A DNA stretch of 64,000 bases, from the NCBI GenBank assembly GCA_964599365.1, contig CAZRFL010000011.1:6612-70611 (forward strand), read 5' to 3'. This document shows positions 37,997-47,330 of this stretch, in pieces (the stretch's first letter is position 1; each line of letters starts with the position of its first letter). This DNA comes from an uncultured Bacteroidales bacterium. Its GTDB lineage: Bacteria; Bacteroidota; Bacteroidia; Bacteroidales; CAIWKO01. The notes beneath the pieces are model-generated. The model was not told where the DNA came from. It saw only the letters and a program-made list of their open reading frames with translations, and did no database searches. A program made the position numbers and the translations under genes.

Positions 37997-40900
37997 TCAA
38001 GCTTTTTTTAAAGTGATACAGGTAGTGATTTCATCAGTTAGTTCCACGGTGATCTTTTCCTCTGCGATCTCCTTAGTTATGCTGAGCGAAGCAGCCAAAA
38101 TTTCGCTGCAAATATAGTCATAATTGTTTTCAATGGCCGAAACAATATCATCATGTTTCTCAACCTCAACTATAATTCTATCCGTAACTTCCAGATGTTT
38201 ATCCTTGCGGAGATTCTGGATACGGTTGATCAGTTCGCGGGCAATACCTTCTTCTTTCAGCACCTGAGTAATGGTAACGTCAAGGGCCACGGTTATATTG
38301 CCCGAGGTAGATATCACCCATCCGGGAATGTCTTCTGTTATGATCTCGACATCGTTGGCGTCGAGCAGCACGGTTTGACCTTCAATTACAAACTCAGCGG
38401 TTCCGGTTTTTTCTATTTCATTGATCTTGTCCTGATCAAATTCAACTACTACAGCCGATATTTGTTTCATAAGTTTGCCGTATTTCGGACCCAACGTTTT
38501 GAAATTTGGTTTGATTTTCTTCACCAGAATACCCGCCCCTGTTTCAATGTATTCAATCTCTTTGATGTTCACTTCCGATAAAATAAGGCTTTTTATGGCC
38601 TCTATTTGTGCCTTCACCTTTTCGTCCATAACGGGTATCATGATCTTTCCCAGTGGTTGACGCACTCTGAGGTTGTGCTTCTTTCGCAGCGAAAGTATCA
38701 TGGATGATATTTTCTGGGCCAACTGCATGCGCTCTTCGAGGTCTTTGTCGATGGCTGATGCATTGGCTTTGGGGAAATCTGTCAGGTGAACCGATTCCGA
38801 ACTGTTGCGCCCCGTGATGCTATTCAGGTCGAGGAACAATTTTTCCATGAAGAAAGGCGAGATGGGAGAGGCCAGTATCGAAAGGGTTTCGAGACAGGTG
38901 TAAAGAGTTTGGTAAGCGGAAATCTTGTCTTCGCTATATTCGCCTTTCCAGAAACGGCGGCGGCACAAACGCACATACCAGTTGCTCAGAAACTCATCAA
39001 CAAAATCCTGTATCAGTCGTCCGGCACGGGTGGGTTCATAATCGCTAAGGCATTCGTCGACTTGCATGACGAGAGTGTTCAATTCTGAAATAATCCAGCG
39101 GTCTATTTCGGGACGCTTCTCCAAAGGGATATCTGTTTCAGAATACTTGAATCTATCGATATTGGCATAAAGTGCGAAAAATGCATAAGTGTTGTAAAGG
39201 GTTCCGAACAGTTTACGGCGGGTTTCGTCAATACCTTCGAGATCGAATTTCAGGTTGTCCCAGGGTTGGGAATTGGTGATCATATACCAGCGTGTGGCAT
39301 CAGGGCCATATTTGCCCAGGGTTTCGAAAGGATCTACACCGTTGCCCAGTCGTTTAGACATTTTGTTGCCATTCTTGTCGAGCACCAGACCATTTGAAAC
39401 AACATTTTTGTAAGCCACACTATCGAAAAGCATGGTAGCTATGGCATGCAGGGTGAAAAACCATCCACGGGTCTGGTCAACGCCTTCGGCAATAAAATCG
39501 GCTGGGAAATTGTTCTTAAAGAAATCCATATTCTCGAAAGGATAGTGGCACTGTGCATAAGGCATGGCCCCCGAATCGAACCAAACGTCAATCAGGTCAG
39601 GTTCCCTAAACATTTTCTTTCCGCCCTCTGAAACCAGGAATATCTCATCTACATAAGGTCTGTGGAGATCTATGGTTTCATAATTTCCTTTTGTAAAATC
39701 TCCTTCCGTGAAATTGGCATATGGATTTTGGGTCATAAAACCGGCAGCTATCGATTTTTCTATCTCTTTTTTCAATTGACCAGCCGATTGTATGCAAATT
39801 TGCTCTGAGCGGTCTTCAGTTGTCCAAATTGGCAGCGGAACTCCCCAATAGCGCGAACGCGAAAGGTTCCAGTCGACCAGGTTTTCCAGCCAATTGCCGA
39901 ATCGGCCGCTACCGGTACTTTCCGGTTTCCAGTTGATGGTCTTGTTCAATTCTATCATGCGGTCCTTCACGGCCGTAGTTTTGATAAACCATGAATCCAA
40001 AGGATAATACAGAATGGGTTTGTCGGTTCTCCAACAATGGGGATAAGAGTGCTCGTATTTTTCAGCTTTAAAGGCCTTGTTTTCCTTTTTCAGTTTGATG
40101 ATGATATCCACATCCACATTGTTTTCAGTGTTGGAATCAAAATTGGGGTCGTATTCGCTTTTCACATACCGTCCGGCAAATTCGCCCATTTCTTTAACAA
40201 ATTTCCCCTGAAGGTCAACTAATGGCATGGTATTACCTAAACGCAAATTTTCCCAAGCAATTTCAAATTCCCTTTCATTAATAAAAGAAAAAGTACTGTC
40301 ATTACTTGCGCTTAAAATATAATCTTGTGAAATGCTATTCCAAGTAATATCATTTAAATCATCCCATGTTAGACTCCCCAAGTCATCCCAACTATAGTTT
40401 GCTAAACCTTTTTTGAGTTTATTATTATAAGGTAAAGTTTCAATATAGCTTTGAGTGGAACCAGAAACTAATGCGGCATTAAAAGCCTTGTATTCTATTT
40501 CTGAAGGAAAGGCTGTTCCTTTAATAACATCATTTAGGTGTTTATTTATATTTCCAACAGTAGCTGGGACAATTTTATTTTTTTCTGCAACCCTCTTGTC
40601 GTCAGCACCAAAAGTTGGAGCAATATGTACAATTCCTGTTCCCTCTTCTGTTGTGACAAAATCATCTAAAACAACCTCAAAGGCTTTGCCTTTTATTTTT
40701 ACAAAAGGTAGTAATTGCTCATACTGTAAACCTGCCAAATCTTTTCCTTTAAAATGAATAGGATTATCCAAAACTTCTGTTCCAAACATTAAACCATCCA
40801 ATAACTTTGCTGCACAAATAACATAGTTTTCCTTGTGTGAGTATCTGTTATGCGTAAGAACCCTAACATAATCAATTTCCGCCCCAACAGCAAGCGCGGT

Positions 40901-41668
40901 ATTAGAAGGCAAGGTCCAAGGAGTTGTTGTCCATGCAAGAATAAAAACATCTTGAACTTCATTATCAAAATCAAGTTTTACTTGATTATTAAAAAGAAAT
41001 TCTGATTTTGCATCATGCACTACCTTAAACTGTGCAACAACGGTATTGTCCCTTACGTTCTTGTAGCATCCCGGCAGATTGAGTTCATGTGAACTTAGAC
41101 CGGTACCGGCCGCAGGTGAATAAGGCTGAATAGAATATCCTTTATACAAAAAACCTTTTTCATACAGTTTGGCCAGCAGGTTCCAGACGGTTTCAATGTA
41201 CTTGTTTTCGAAAGTGATATAGGGATGCTCCAGGTCGACCCAATATCCCATCTTCACGGTCAGTTCGTCCCATTGGTCCTTATATTTCATGACTTCTTTG
41301 CGGCATTGGGCATTGTATTCCTCCACCGAAATAGATTTTCCTATGTCTTCCTTGGTAATGCCCAGTGTTTTTTCTACGGCAATTTCAATCGGAAGTCCGT
41401 GGGTATCCCAACCGGCCTTGCGTTCCACAAAATGTCCTTTCAGTGTTTTGTAACGGCAGAAAATATCTTTAATAGCGCGGGCCATAACATGATGTATACC
41501 GGGTTGACCATTAGCCGATGGAGGACCTTCATAGAATACAAAAGGAGTATGTCCGGCACGATTGGTAACACTTTTGTTGAAAATATCGTTCTTTTGCCAG
41601 AATTCGTTTACTTCCTCAGCTATTCTGATCAGATCAAGATGCTTGTATTCTTTGTATTTCCGCTCCAT
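37997..41668 (-). CDS. ileS: Isoleucine--tRNA ligase (type 2), about 80 aa longer than typical, with a compositionally aberrant editing-domain segment
   Basis: 1223 aa. HIGH motif PPSANGQPGIHH, KMSKS motif KMSKRLGN, editing-domain motifs AWTTTPWTLPSN and GTGIVHIAPTFGADD. Confidence 0.95.
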   Translation of the reverse strand: MERKYKEYKHLDLIRIAEEVNEFWQKNDIFNKSVTNRAGHTPFVFYEGPPSANGQPGIHHVMARAIKDIFCRYKTLKGHFVERKAGWDTHGLPIEIAVEKTLGITKEDIGKSISVEEYNAQCRKEVMKYKDQWDELTVKMGYWVDLEHPYITFENKYIETVWNLLAKLYEKGFLYKGYSIQPYSPAAGTGLSSHELNLPGCYKNVRDNTVVAQFKVVHDAKSEFLFNNQVKLDFDNEVQDVFILAWTTTPWTLPSNTALAVGAEIDYVRVLTHNRYSHKENYVICAAKLLDGLMFGTEVLDNPIHFKGKDLAGLQYEQLLPFVKIKGKAFEVVLDDFVTTEEGTGIVHIAPTFGADDKRVAEKNKIVPATVGNINKHLNDVIKGTAFPSEIEYKAFNAALVSGSTQSYIETLPYNNKLKKGLANYSWDDLGSLTWDDLNDITWNSISQDYILSASNDSTFSFINEREFEIAWENLRLGNTMPLVDLQGKFVKEMGEFAGRYVKSEYDPNFDSNTENNVDVDIIIKLKKENKAFKAEKYEHSYPHCWRTDKPILYYPLDSWFIKTTAVKDRMIELNKTINWKPESTGSGRFGNWLENLVDWNLSRSRYWGVPLPIWTTEDRSEQICIQSAGQLKKEIEKSIAAGFMTQNPYANFTEGDFTKGNYETIDLHRPYVDEIFLVSEGGKKMFREPDLIDVWFDSGAMPYAQCHYPFENMDFFKNNFPADFIAEGVDQTRGWFFTLHAIATMLFDSVAYKNVVSNGLVLDKNGNKMSKRLGNGVDPFETLGKYGPDATRWYMITNSQPWDNLKFDLEGIDETRRKLFGTLYNTYAFFALYANIDRFKYSETDIPLEKRPEIDRWIISELNTLVMQVDECLSDYEPTRAGRLIQDFVDEFLSNWYVRLCRRRFWKGEYSEDKISAYQTLYTCLETLSILASPISPFFMEKLFLDLNSITGRNSSESVHLTDFPKANASAIDKDLEERMQLAQKISSMILSLRKKHNLRVRQPLGKIMIPVMDEKVKAQIEAIKSLILSEVNIKEIEYIETGAGILVKKIKPNFKTLGPKYGKLMKQISAVVVEFDQDKINEIEKTGTAEFVIEGQTVLLDANDVEIITEDIPGWVISTSGNITVALDVTITQVLKEEGIARELINRIQNLRKDKHLEVTDRIIVEVEKHDDIVSAIENNYDYICSEILAASLSITKEIAEEKITVELTDEITTCITLKKA

Positions 41669-41750
41669 TATTGAAAATTATGTAAAAAAACGTGCAAAGG
41701 TAATAAATTCAAAGGAATTTTAATGCATCCAAAGTGTAAGTTGATGTTAA

Positions 41751-42473
41751 CTAACCTATGAGGTCCCGGATTACCACCGATGCGCAATGGCATCCAAACA
41801 CAACGGGCATATACGAAATGGTTCCCGCAATTGATTTTTTGTTTTTGGTGCTGTTATTGAAAATAACGGATTCTCTGATGTGTGGTTCGGTTGAAAAAAC
41901 TGCTTTAAATCCACTGTTCAGCCCAAGCCTTCTCAACCGTTTGCGGATGTCAAAGGCAAAGGTGCAGGTATGAGTCTCTGAAATATCGGCAACCTGTATT
42001 TTCGAAATATCAAGCTTGGCTCCTGCCCCCATGGCGCTCACTACACGATGGTTTAACCGGACAGCATTGAGAAGCATATAGGCTTTGGGCGAAAGAGTAT
42101 CTATGGCATCAACCACATAATCGTATTTGTTTTCGAGCAAACGAATCATGGGGTCCTCTTTCAGGTAATTATCGTTTAACACAAGTTCGATCTCCGGGTT
42201 TATGTCCAATAGCCTTTTGGCTAAAACTTCTGTTTTCTTTTGCCCCTCAGTACTGATGAGGGCAATAAGCTGGCGGTTGCGGTTCCCGGGTTCCACAATA
42301 TCGCCGTCGGCAAGAGTCAGCTTGCCAACACCTGCTCTACAGAGCATTTCAGCTGCCGCACTTCCCACGCCCCCTAATCCGACAATCAATACATGAGACC
42401 TTTTGAGGATATCAAGCTTGTCCGGACCTAAAAGAAGTTCGGTTCTGTTGAGCCAATCAGGTATTTTCATCAA
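41751..42473 (-). CDS. tcdA: tRNA threonylcarbamoyladenosine dehydratase (ThiF/MoeB E1-like; TcdA/CsdL)
   Basis: 240 aa. Rossmann motif VLIVGLGGVGSAAAEMLCRAGVGKLTLADGD. No rhodanese domain. Its start overlaps the end of gltX. Confidence 0.75.
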   Translation of the reverse strand: MMKIPDWLNRTELLLGPDKLDILKRSHVLIVGLGGVGSAAAEMLCRAGVGKLTLADGDIVEPGNRNRQLIALISTEGQKKTEVLAKRLLDINPEIELVLNDNYLKEDPMIRLLENKYDYVVDAIDTLSPKAYMLLNAVRLNHRVVSAMGAGAKLDISKIQVADISETHTCTFAFDIRKRLRRLGLNSGFKAVFSTEPHIRESVIFNNSTKNKKSIAGTISYMPVVFGCHCASVVIRDLIG

Positions 42474-43996
42474 TGCAGCTCTGCAATTCCTTTTTCAATA
42501 CGATAAAGGGTTTGTTCTTTACCAATGATCTCAATGATTGCAAAAAGGTCGGGCCCCATGGCTGCCCCAACAATAATCAATCTCAAAGCATTCATAATTA
42601 CTCCAGTGTTGAGATTGTTTTCGGCAATGAAATTCATCACCAGGGGTTTTGCATGTTCGGCAGTAAAAGGCTCTGCATTTGCCAAAATGGAACCAACCTT
42701 CTTTATATTTTCCGCCGAATCAGGTTTCCATTTATCTTTCACCGTTTTCTGGTCGTAATTTTCGGGGGCATAATAAAAGAAACATGCCTGTTCCCAGAAT
42801 TCATGTACAAAGGTCATTCGATTCTTTACAAGTCCTATGATAGTCAATAGAATAGGTTTGTTGAGATGTATCATCTTTGTTGTTAAGGAGGGCGCAATTA
42901 TTTCGCAAAGATCAGCATCTGACATTTTCTGAAGATACTGATGATTGAACCATTTTGCCTTTTCGGGATCGAATTTTGAACCGGATTTTCCAACCCTTTC
43001 CAAAGAAAAGGCTTCAATCAGTTCGTCCATGGAAAATAACTCTTGTTCGGTCCCCGGGTTCCAGCCTAAGAAGGCCAGCATATTGATAAAAGCATCCGGT
43101 TGATATCCTGATTCGCGGTAGCCTGATGAGATCTCTTTTGTGATCGGGTCGGTCCATTGAAGGGGAAATACCGGAAATCCCATTCTGTCGCCATCACGCT
43201 TGCTGAGTTTGCCATTACCATCGGGTTTTAATAATAATGGCAAATGGGCAAACAAGGGCATTTCGTTTTCCCAACCCAGGTAGCGGTACAATAGAACATG
43301 TAGGGGAGCCGATGGCAGCCATTCTTCACCGCGAATGACATGAGAAATTTCCATCAGATAGTCGTCCACTACATTAGCAAGATGATAGGTAGGCAGTCCG
43401 TCGGATTTGAAGATCACTTTATCGTCCAACTGTGATGAGTTAACCCGGACTTCACCTCTTATCAAATCTTTTATCAGAATTTCTTCGTTTTCAGGGATCT
43501 TTATGCGTATGACATAAGGTGAGCCGGAATCTAAAATGTTTTTGGTTTCTGCTTCAGTCAGAGAAAGCGAGTTGCGGAACTCCAGACGATTGGTCTGGTC
43601 GTATTGAAAGGTTTTCTTTTGTGCTTCGTAACTTTTCCTAACGGCGTCTAATTCCTGAGGAGTATCAAAAGCGTAATATGCGAAGTTTTCTTCAATAAGG
43701 GTTTGGGCATATTTGATGTAAATGGCCTTACGTTCCGATTGGCGGTAGGGAGTATGTGGGCCTTCAGGACCGACCCCCTCATTGTAATTTATTCCACACC
43801 ATTTCAAAGACTCAATAATGTATTTTTCGGCACCTTCCACATATCTTGTCTGGTCGGTATCTTCTATACGCAATAGCATATCACCACCATGTTTTTTAGC
43901 AAAAAGATAATTATATAGGGCAGTCCTTACTCCGCCTATATGAAGTGGGCCGGTGGGACTGGGGGCAAAACGTACACGTACTCTTTCTTTTGTCAT
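42470..43996 (-). CDS. gltX: Glutamate--tRNA ligase
   Basis: The listed ORF extends to 44059. The likely start is the internal MTKERVRVRFAPSPTGPLHIGG (HIGH motif), so the start coordinate is approximate to within a few nt. KLSKR motif is present. Confidence 0.9.
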   Translation of the reverse strand: MTKERVRVRFAPSPTGPLHIGGVRTALYNYLFAKKHGGDMLLRIEDTDQTRYVEGAEKYIIESLKWCGINYNEGVGPEGPHTPYRQSERKAIYIKYAQTLIEENFAYYAFDTPQELDAVRKSYEAQKKTFQYDQTNRLEFRNSLSLTEAETKNILDSGSPYVIRIKIPENEEILIKDLIRGEVRVNSSQLDDKVIFKSDGLPTYHLANVVDDYLMEISHVIRGEEWLPSAPLHVLLYRYLGWENEMPLFAHLPLLLKPDGNGKLSKRDGDRMGFPVFPLQWTDPITKEISSGYRESGYQPDAFINMLAFLGWNPGTEQELFSMDELIEAFSLERVGKSGSKFDPEKAKWFNHQYLQKMSDADLCEIIAPSLTTKMIHLNKPILLTIIGLVKNRMTFVHEFWEQACFFYYAPENYDQKTVKDKWKPDSAENIKKVGSILANAEPFTAEHAKPLVMNFIAENNLNTGVIMNALRLIIVGAAMGPDLFAIIEIIGKEQTLYRIEKGIAELH

Positions 43997-44186
43997 TCTC
44001 AGATTTTTTTGCAAAAGTAGGGTATTTTTTTTTGTCGTCAATTTAGCCCGTTTTTGCAAAATGAAATAAGAACACTCATTATATTCCCGCGAATTTTGTT
44101 AAAAATTGTTAATTAGTTTGTGATTAATACTTACCTCATTCATTTCTATGGCATCACCCATAAGTTGGTGTTCTTGAAATTTCCTC

Positions 44187-44241
44187 TTACCGTTAACTTG
44201 ACAAAACCTACCGTTAACTTAATGAAACCTACCGTTAACTT
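44187..44241. repeat. Three direct repeats of CCTACCGTTAACTT with a 20-21 bp period; GTTAAC core
   Basis: cttaccgttaacttgacaaaacctaccgttaacttaatgaaacctaccgttaactt. It lies in the divergent intergenic region between gltX and the small ORF / adenosine deaminase-like gene. Confidence 0.7.
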
Positions 44242-44319
44242 TTTTTTTACTTTTTACCCAGTTTTTTTGTTACATTTACGTTTTATAATAAAACAGTATT
44301 AACCTAAAACCTAAAAGCT

Positions 44320-44421
44320 ATGCAGGCAACAAAGACAAAGGAATATAAACTATGGATCTTATTCGCCGCTATTATGCTGGTGATTGCAGGAGTCATAGTA
44401 TTCCTCGAGATTATTTCTTAG
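44320..44421 (+). CDS. Candidate small membrane protein (33 aa)
   Basis: MQATKTKEYKLWILFAAIMLVIAGVIVFLEIIS; a single TM helix. It is followed by a rho-independent terminator at 44453-44481 and preceded by the 3x direct repeats. It is below the ORF-track length cutoff. Confidence 0.35.
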   Translation: MQATKTKEYKLWILFAAIMLVIAGVIVFLEIIS

Positions 44422-44452
44422 ATTCGAAAAGTTAGTTTATAAATTTAACCGA

Positions 44453-44481
44453 AAGCCATTCCGGAAGGGATGGCTTTTTTA
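44453..44481 (+). terminator. Rho-independent terminator
   Basis: AAGCCAT-tccggaaggg-ATGGCTT followed by TTTTTT. Confidence 0.6.
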
Positions 44482-44501
44482 TCTTTGCACAAAATAATTG
44501 A

Positions 44502-45446
44502 ATGAGTTTCTTTGCACTGAAAAATGCCCTCGTCGAAAATGACATCGCTTCGCTGGCTCTTATTCCCAAAAGTGACCTGCATAATCATTCCATGTTAGGT
44601 TCCCGTTTCGAATCTTTGGAACGTTATGTTGGGGAAAATCTCAATCGTCCTCCAGTGCGAATGAATGCATTTCACATCTTTGAAGACTATCTTAATCAGA
44701 CATTTAAAGATTTTATCACGAAAGTAGATTTTTTTAAATACATGATAATGGCTGCTTTTCATCAGGCAGTCGACGATGGAATCGAGGTTTTACAAATGAG
44801 TATCGATTCTCGATTCTATAATTATTTTCCCCGAAAAGAAATTGATATGGTTGACATTGTGGAAGCTGCCCGAAAAGAAATAGCTCCACACATTCATTTT
44901 ATTCCGCAACTGGGTATGGATCGCACCCATAATATTGCCAAACTCAATCAGGAGGCATTCGCATTGATGGAAACAGGTTACTTTACCTCTATTGACCTGT
45001 ATGGAGACGAATCATTTGGCGATATCAAGTGGTTTATCCCAATTTATCAGGAAGCCAGGAGACGTAATATGACCCTCTGTGCACATGCAGGAGAATATGG
45101 TTCTGCGTCTTCGGTAAGAGAGGCTGTAGAAATTTTGGAACTGCAAGAGGTACAGCACGGCATTAGAGCGGCCGCCTCTCCTGAGATTATGAAGTGGATA
45201 GCCGAGAACAATATTACGCTGAATGTTTGTCCCACAAGTAATGTACGCTTGTGTAGAGCAGAATCAATAAAGAAGCACCCTATCCGAAAACTATTCGATC
45301 ATGGAATTCGGGTAACAATTAATACTGACGATCTGTTGGTATTTGACCAATCTGTCAGCGAGGAATATCTTAATCTTTATCGTGAGGGAGTTTTTTCTGT
45401 GGAAGAACTAGAGATAATAAGGTTAAATGGATTGAGTCTTGAATAA
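44502..45446 (+). CDS. Adenosine/adenine deaminase-family metallo-dependent hydrolase
   Basis: 314 aa. Motifs SDLHNHS, CAHAGE, VCPTSN and TINTDD fit the adenosine deaminase family. Confidence 0.65.
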   Translation: MSFFALKNALVENDIASLALIPKSDLHNHSMLGSRFESLERYVGENLNRPPVRMNAFHIFEDYLNQTFKDFITKVDFFKYMIMAAFHQAVDDGIEVLQMSIDSRFYNYFPRKEIDMVDIVEAARKEIAPHIHFIPQLGMDRTHNIAKLNQEAFALMETGYFTSIDLYGDESFGDIKWFIPIYQEARRRNMTLCAHAGEYGSASSVREAVEILELQEVQHGIRAAASPEIMKWIAENNITLNVCPTSNVRLCRAESIKKHPIRKLFDHGIRVTINTDDLLVFDQSVSEEYLNLYREGVFSVEELEIIRLNGLSLE

Positions 45447-45524
45447 CAACAGAATGTTCATAGTTTTTTATCAAATATTAGCCTCCTTTTTAAGGAAACC
45501 ACATATCTTTGCTTCACAAAACCT

Positions 45525-46226
45525 TTGATTATGAAATTTGGTGTATTGATATTTCCAGGCTCAAATTGCGATCACGACCTGTTGTACGTGTTAAAAAAAA
45601 TTCTAAAACAAGAAGTGGTTCCATTGTGGCACAAGGAAAAGGACCTGCAGGGATGCGATTTTATATTTCTTCCCGGAGGTTTTTCCTATGGTGATTATTT
45701 ACGTTCAGGAGCGATAGCTAGATTTTCTCCTATCATGGAAAATGTGGTGGAGTTTGCAAATAATGGCGGCTATCTCATGGGAATTTGCAATGGATTCCAG
45801 ATACTTTGCGAAGCACGTTTGTTACCCGGAACATTGCTCCATAACAACAATCAGAAGTTTATCTGTAAAAACACTTTTATCAAGCCCACCACCAATAACA
45901 GTATGGTGACCAAATACCTTGAAAAAGATAAACCATTAATGATTCCTATTGCACATGGTGAGGGTCGATATTATGCCGATACCAAAACCATAACTGAATT
46001 GGTTAAAAACGATCAGATTCTTTTTACATATTGTTCTAAAGAAGGCCTTGTAGACGATGTCTCTAACCCCAACGGCTCCGTTAATAATATAGCAGGAGTA
46101 TGTAATAAGAACCGCAATGTTTTCGGTATGATGCCGCATCCTGAGCGCGCCAGCGATACCGAATTGGCAAATATTGATGGCAAACTGATCATTGATTCCA
46201 TTTTAAAAAGTTTACAATCCAAATAA
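45525..46226 (+). CDS. purQ: Phosphoribosylformylglycinamidine synthase subunit PurQ (glutaminase)
   Basis: MKFGVLIFPGSNCDHD..., GICNGFQIL (catalytic Cys) and the C-terminal HPER. The start may be at 45531. Confidence 0.85.
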   Translation: MIMKFGVLIFPGSNCDHDLLYVLKKILKQEVVPLWHKEKDLQGCDFIFLPGGFSYGDYLRSGAIARFSPIMENVVEFANNGGYLMGICNGFQILCEARLLPGTLLHNNNQKFICKNTFIKPTTNNSMVTKYLEKDKPLMIPIAHGEGRYYADTKTITELVKNDQILFTYCSKEGLVDDVSNPNGSVNNIAGVCNKNRNVFGMMPHPERASDTELANIDGKLIIDSILKSLQSK

Positions 46227-46232
46227 CCACCT

Positions 46233-47330
46233 TTGAAAAGAATATTGTTTTTGGTGGCCCACCGGAAGGGGCGATCGCCGGGACAGAGGTTTCGATTTGA
46301 ACAATATCTGGAATTTTTACAACAAAATGGTTATAGTTGTGAAGTCTCCTATTTGCTTAATGAGCAGGACGATGCGGTTTTTTATAGTAAGGGGCATTAT
46401 TTCAGAAAACTGCTCATTTATTTAAAAAGTCTTAGAATAAGAAGACGAGATGTACAAAGAAGCAGCGAATTTGATTTAATATTCATTTATAGAGAGGCAC
46501 TCATGACTGGTTCGGTGCGTTTCGAAAGAAAATTGAAACGAAGGGGAGCGAAGATGGTTCTTGATTTCGATGATGCCATATGGGTGCTGGATGTTTCTCC
46601 GGGGAACAAAAATCTTCAGTGGTTGAAAAACCCCTCTAAAACTGCAGAAATCCTTAAAATTTCCGAAATGGTCTTTGTCGGGAATCGTTTTTTAGCCAAT
46701 TATGCTTCCGGGTACAATCAGAATGTTAAAATCGTTCCCTCAACCATTGAGACAGATATTTTCAAGCGCAATCACATCAAACACAACACAGAGAAAATCT
46801 GTATTGGCTGGACAGGTTCTCGAACCACTTTGAAACATTTTAGTCTGGCAGTTCCTGTATTGCAAAAACTAATGAAAAAATTCCCGGAACGCCTCTCTGT
46901 AAAGCTGATCTCAGATGTAAATTATACCGGAAACGAAATTGAGGTTAACTTTTGCAAGTGGAATAAAGAATCGGAGACCAAGGATCTTTCCGAAATAGAC
47001 ATTGGTATTATGCCCTTACCAGATGATGAATGGGCCAGAGGAAAATGCGGATTCAAGGGATTGCAATATATGTCGTTTGAAATACCCACCATCCTGTCGC
47101 CGGTTGGAGTGAATACCGAAATAATTCAGGATGGAGAGAACGGATATCTGGCCTCGACAGAAACAGAATGGATAGACAAATTATCCGCCTTGATTGAGTC
47201 GCCGGAACTAAGAGAGCGTATTGGTAAAAACGGAAGAAAAACCGTTGAAGAAAGATATTCTTATAATGCCTGGAAAGGGAAATATCTGGAGTATTTCGAG
47301 GAACTATTAAGCGAAAAAGATCATTCGTAA
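46233..47330 (+). CDS. Glycosyltransferase (GT-B fold, family 1/4-like)
   Basis: 365 aa. C-terminal half has the EX7E-like region (EIPTILSPVGVNTEIIQDGENGYL). The assignment is general. Confidence 0.55.
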   Translation: MKRILFLVAHRKGRSPGQRFRFEQYLEFLQQNGYSCEVSYLLNEQDDAVFYSKGHYFRKLLIYLKSLRIRRRDVQRSSEFDLIFIYREALMTGSVRFERKLKRRGAKMVLDFDDAIWVLDVSPGNKNLQWLKNPSKTAEILKISEMVFVGNRFLANYASGYNQNVKIVPSTIETDIFKRNHIKHNTEKICIGWTGSRTTLKHFSLAVPVLQKLMKKFPERLSVKLISDVNYTGNEIEVNFCKWNKESETKDLSEIDIGIMPLPDDEWARGKCGFKGLQYMSFEIPTILSPVGVNTEIIQDGENGYLASTETEWIDKLSALIESPELRERIGKNGRKTVEERYSYNAWKGKYLEYFEELLSEKDHS

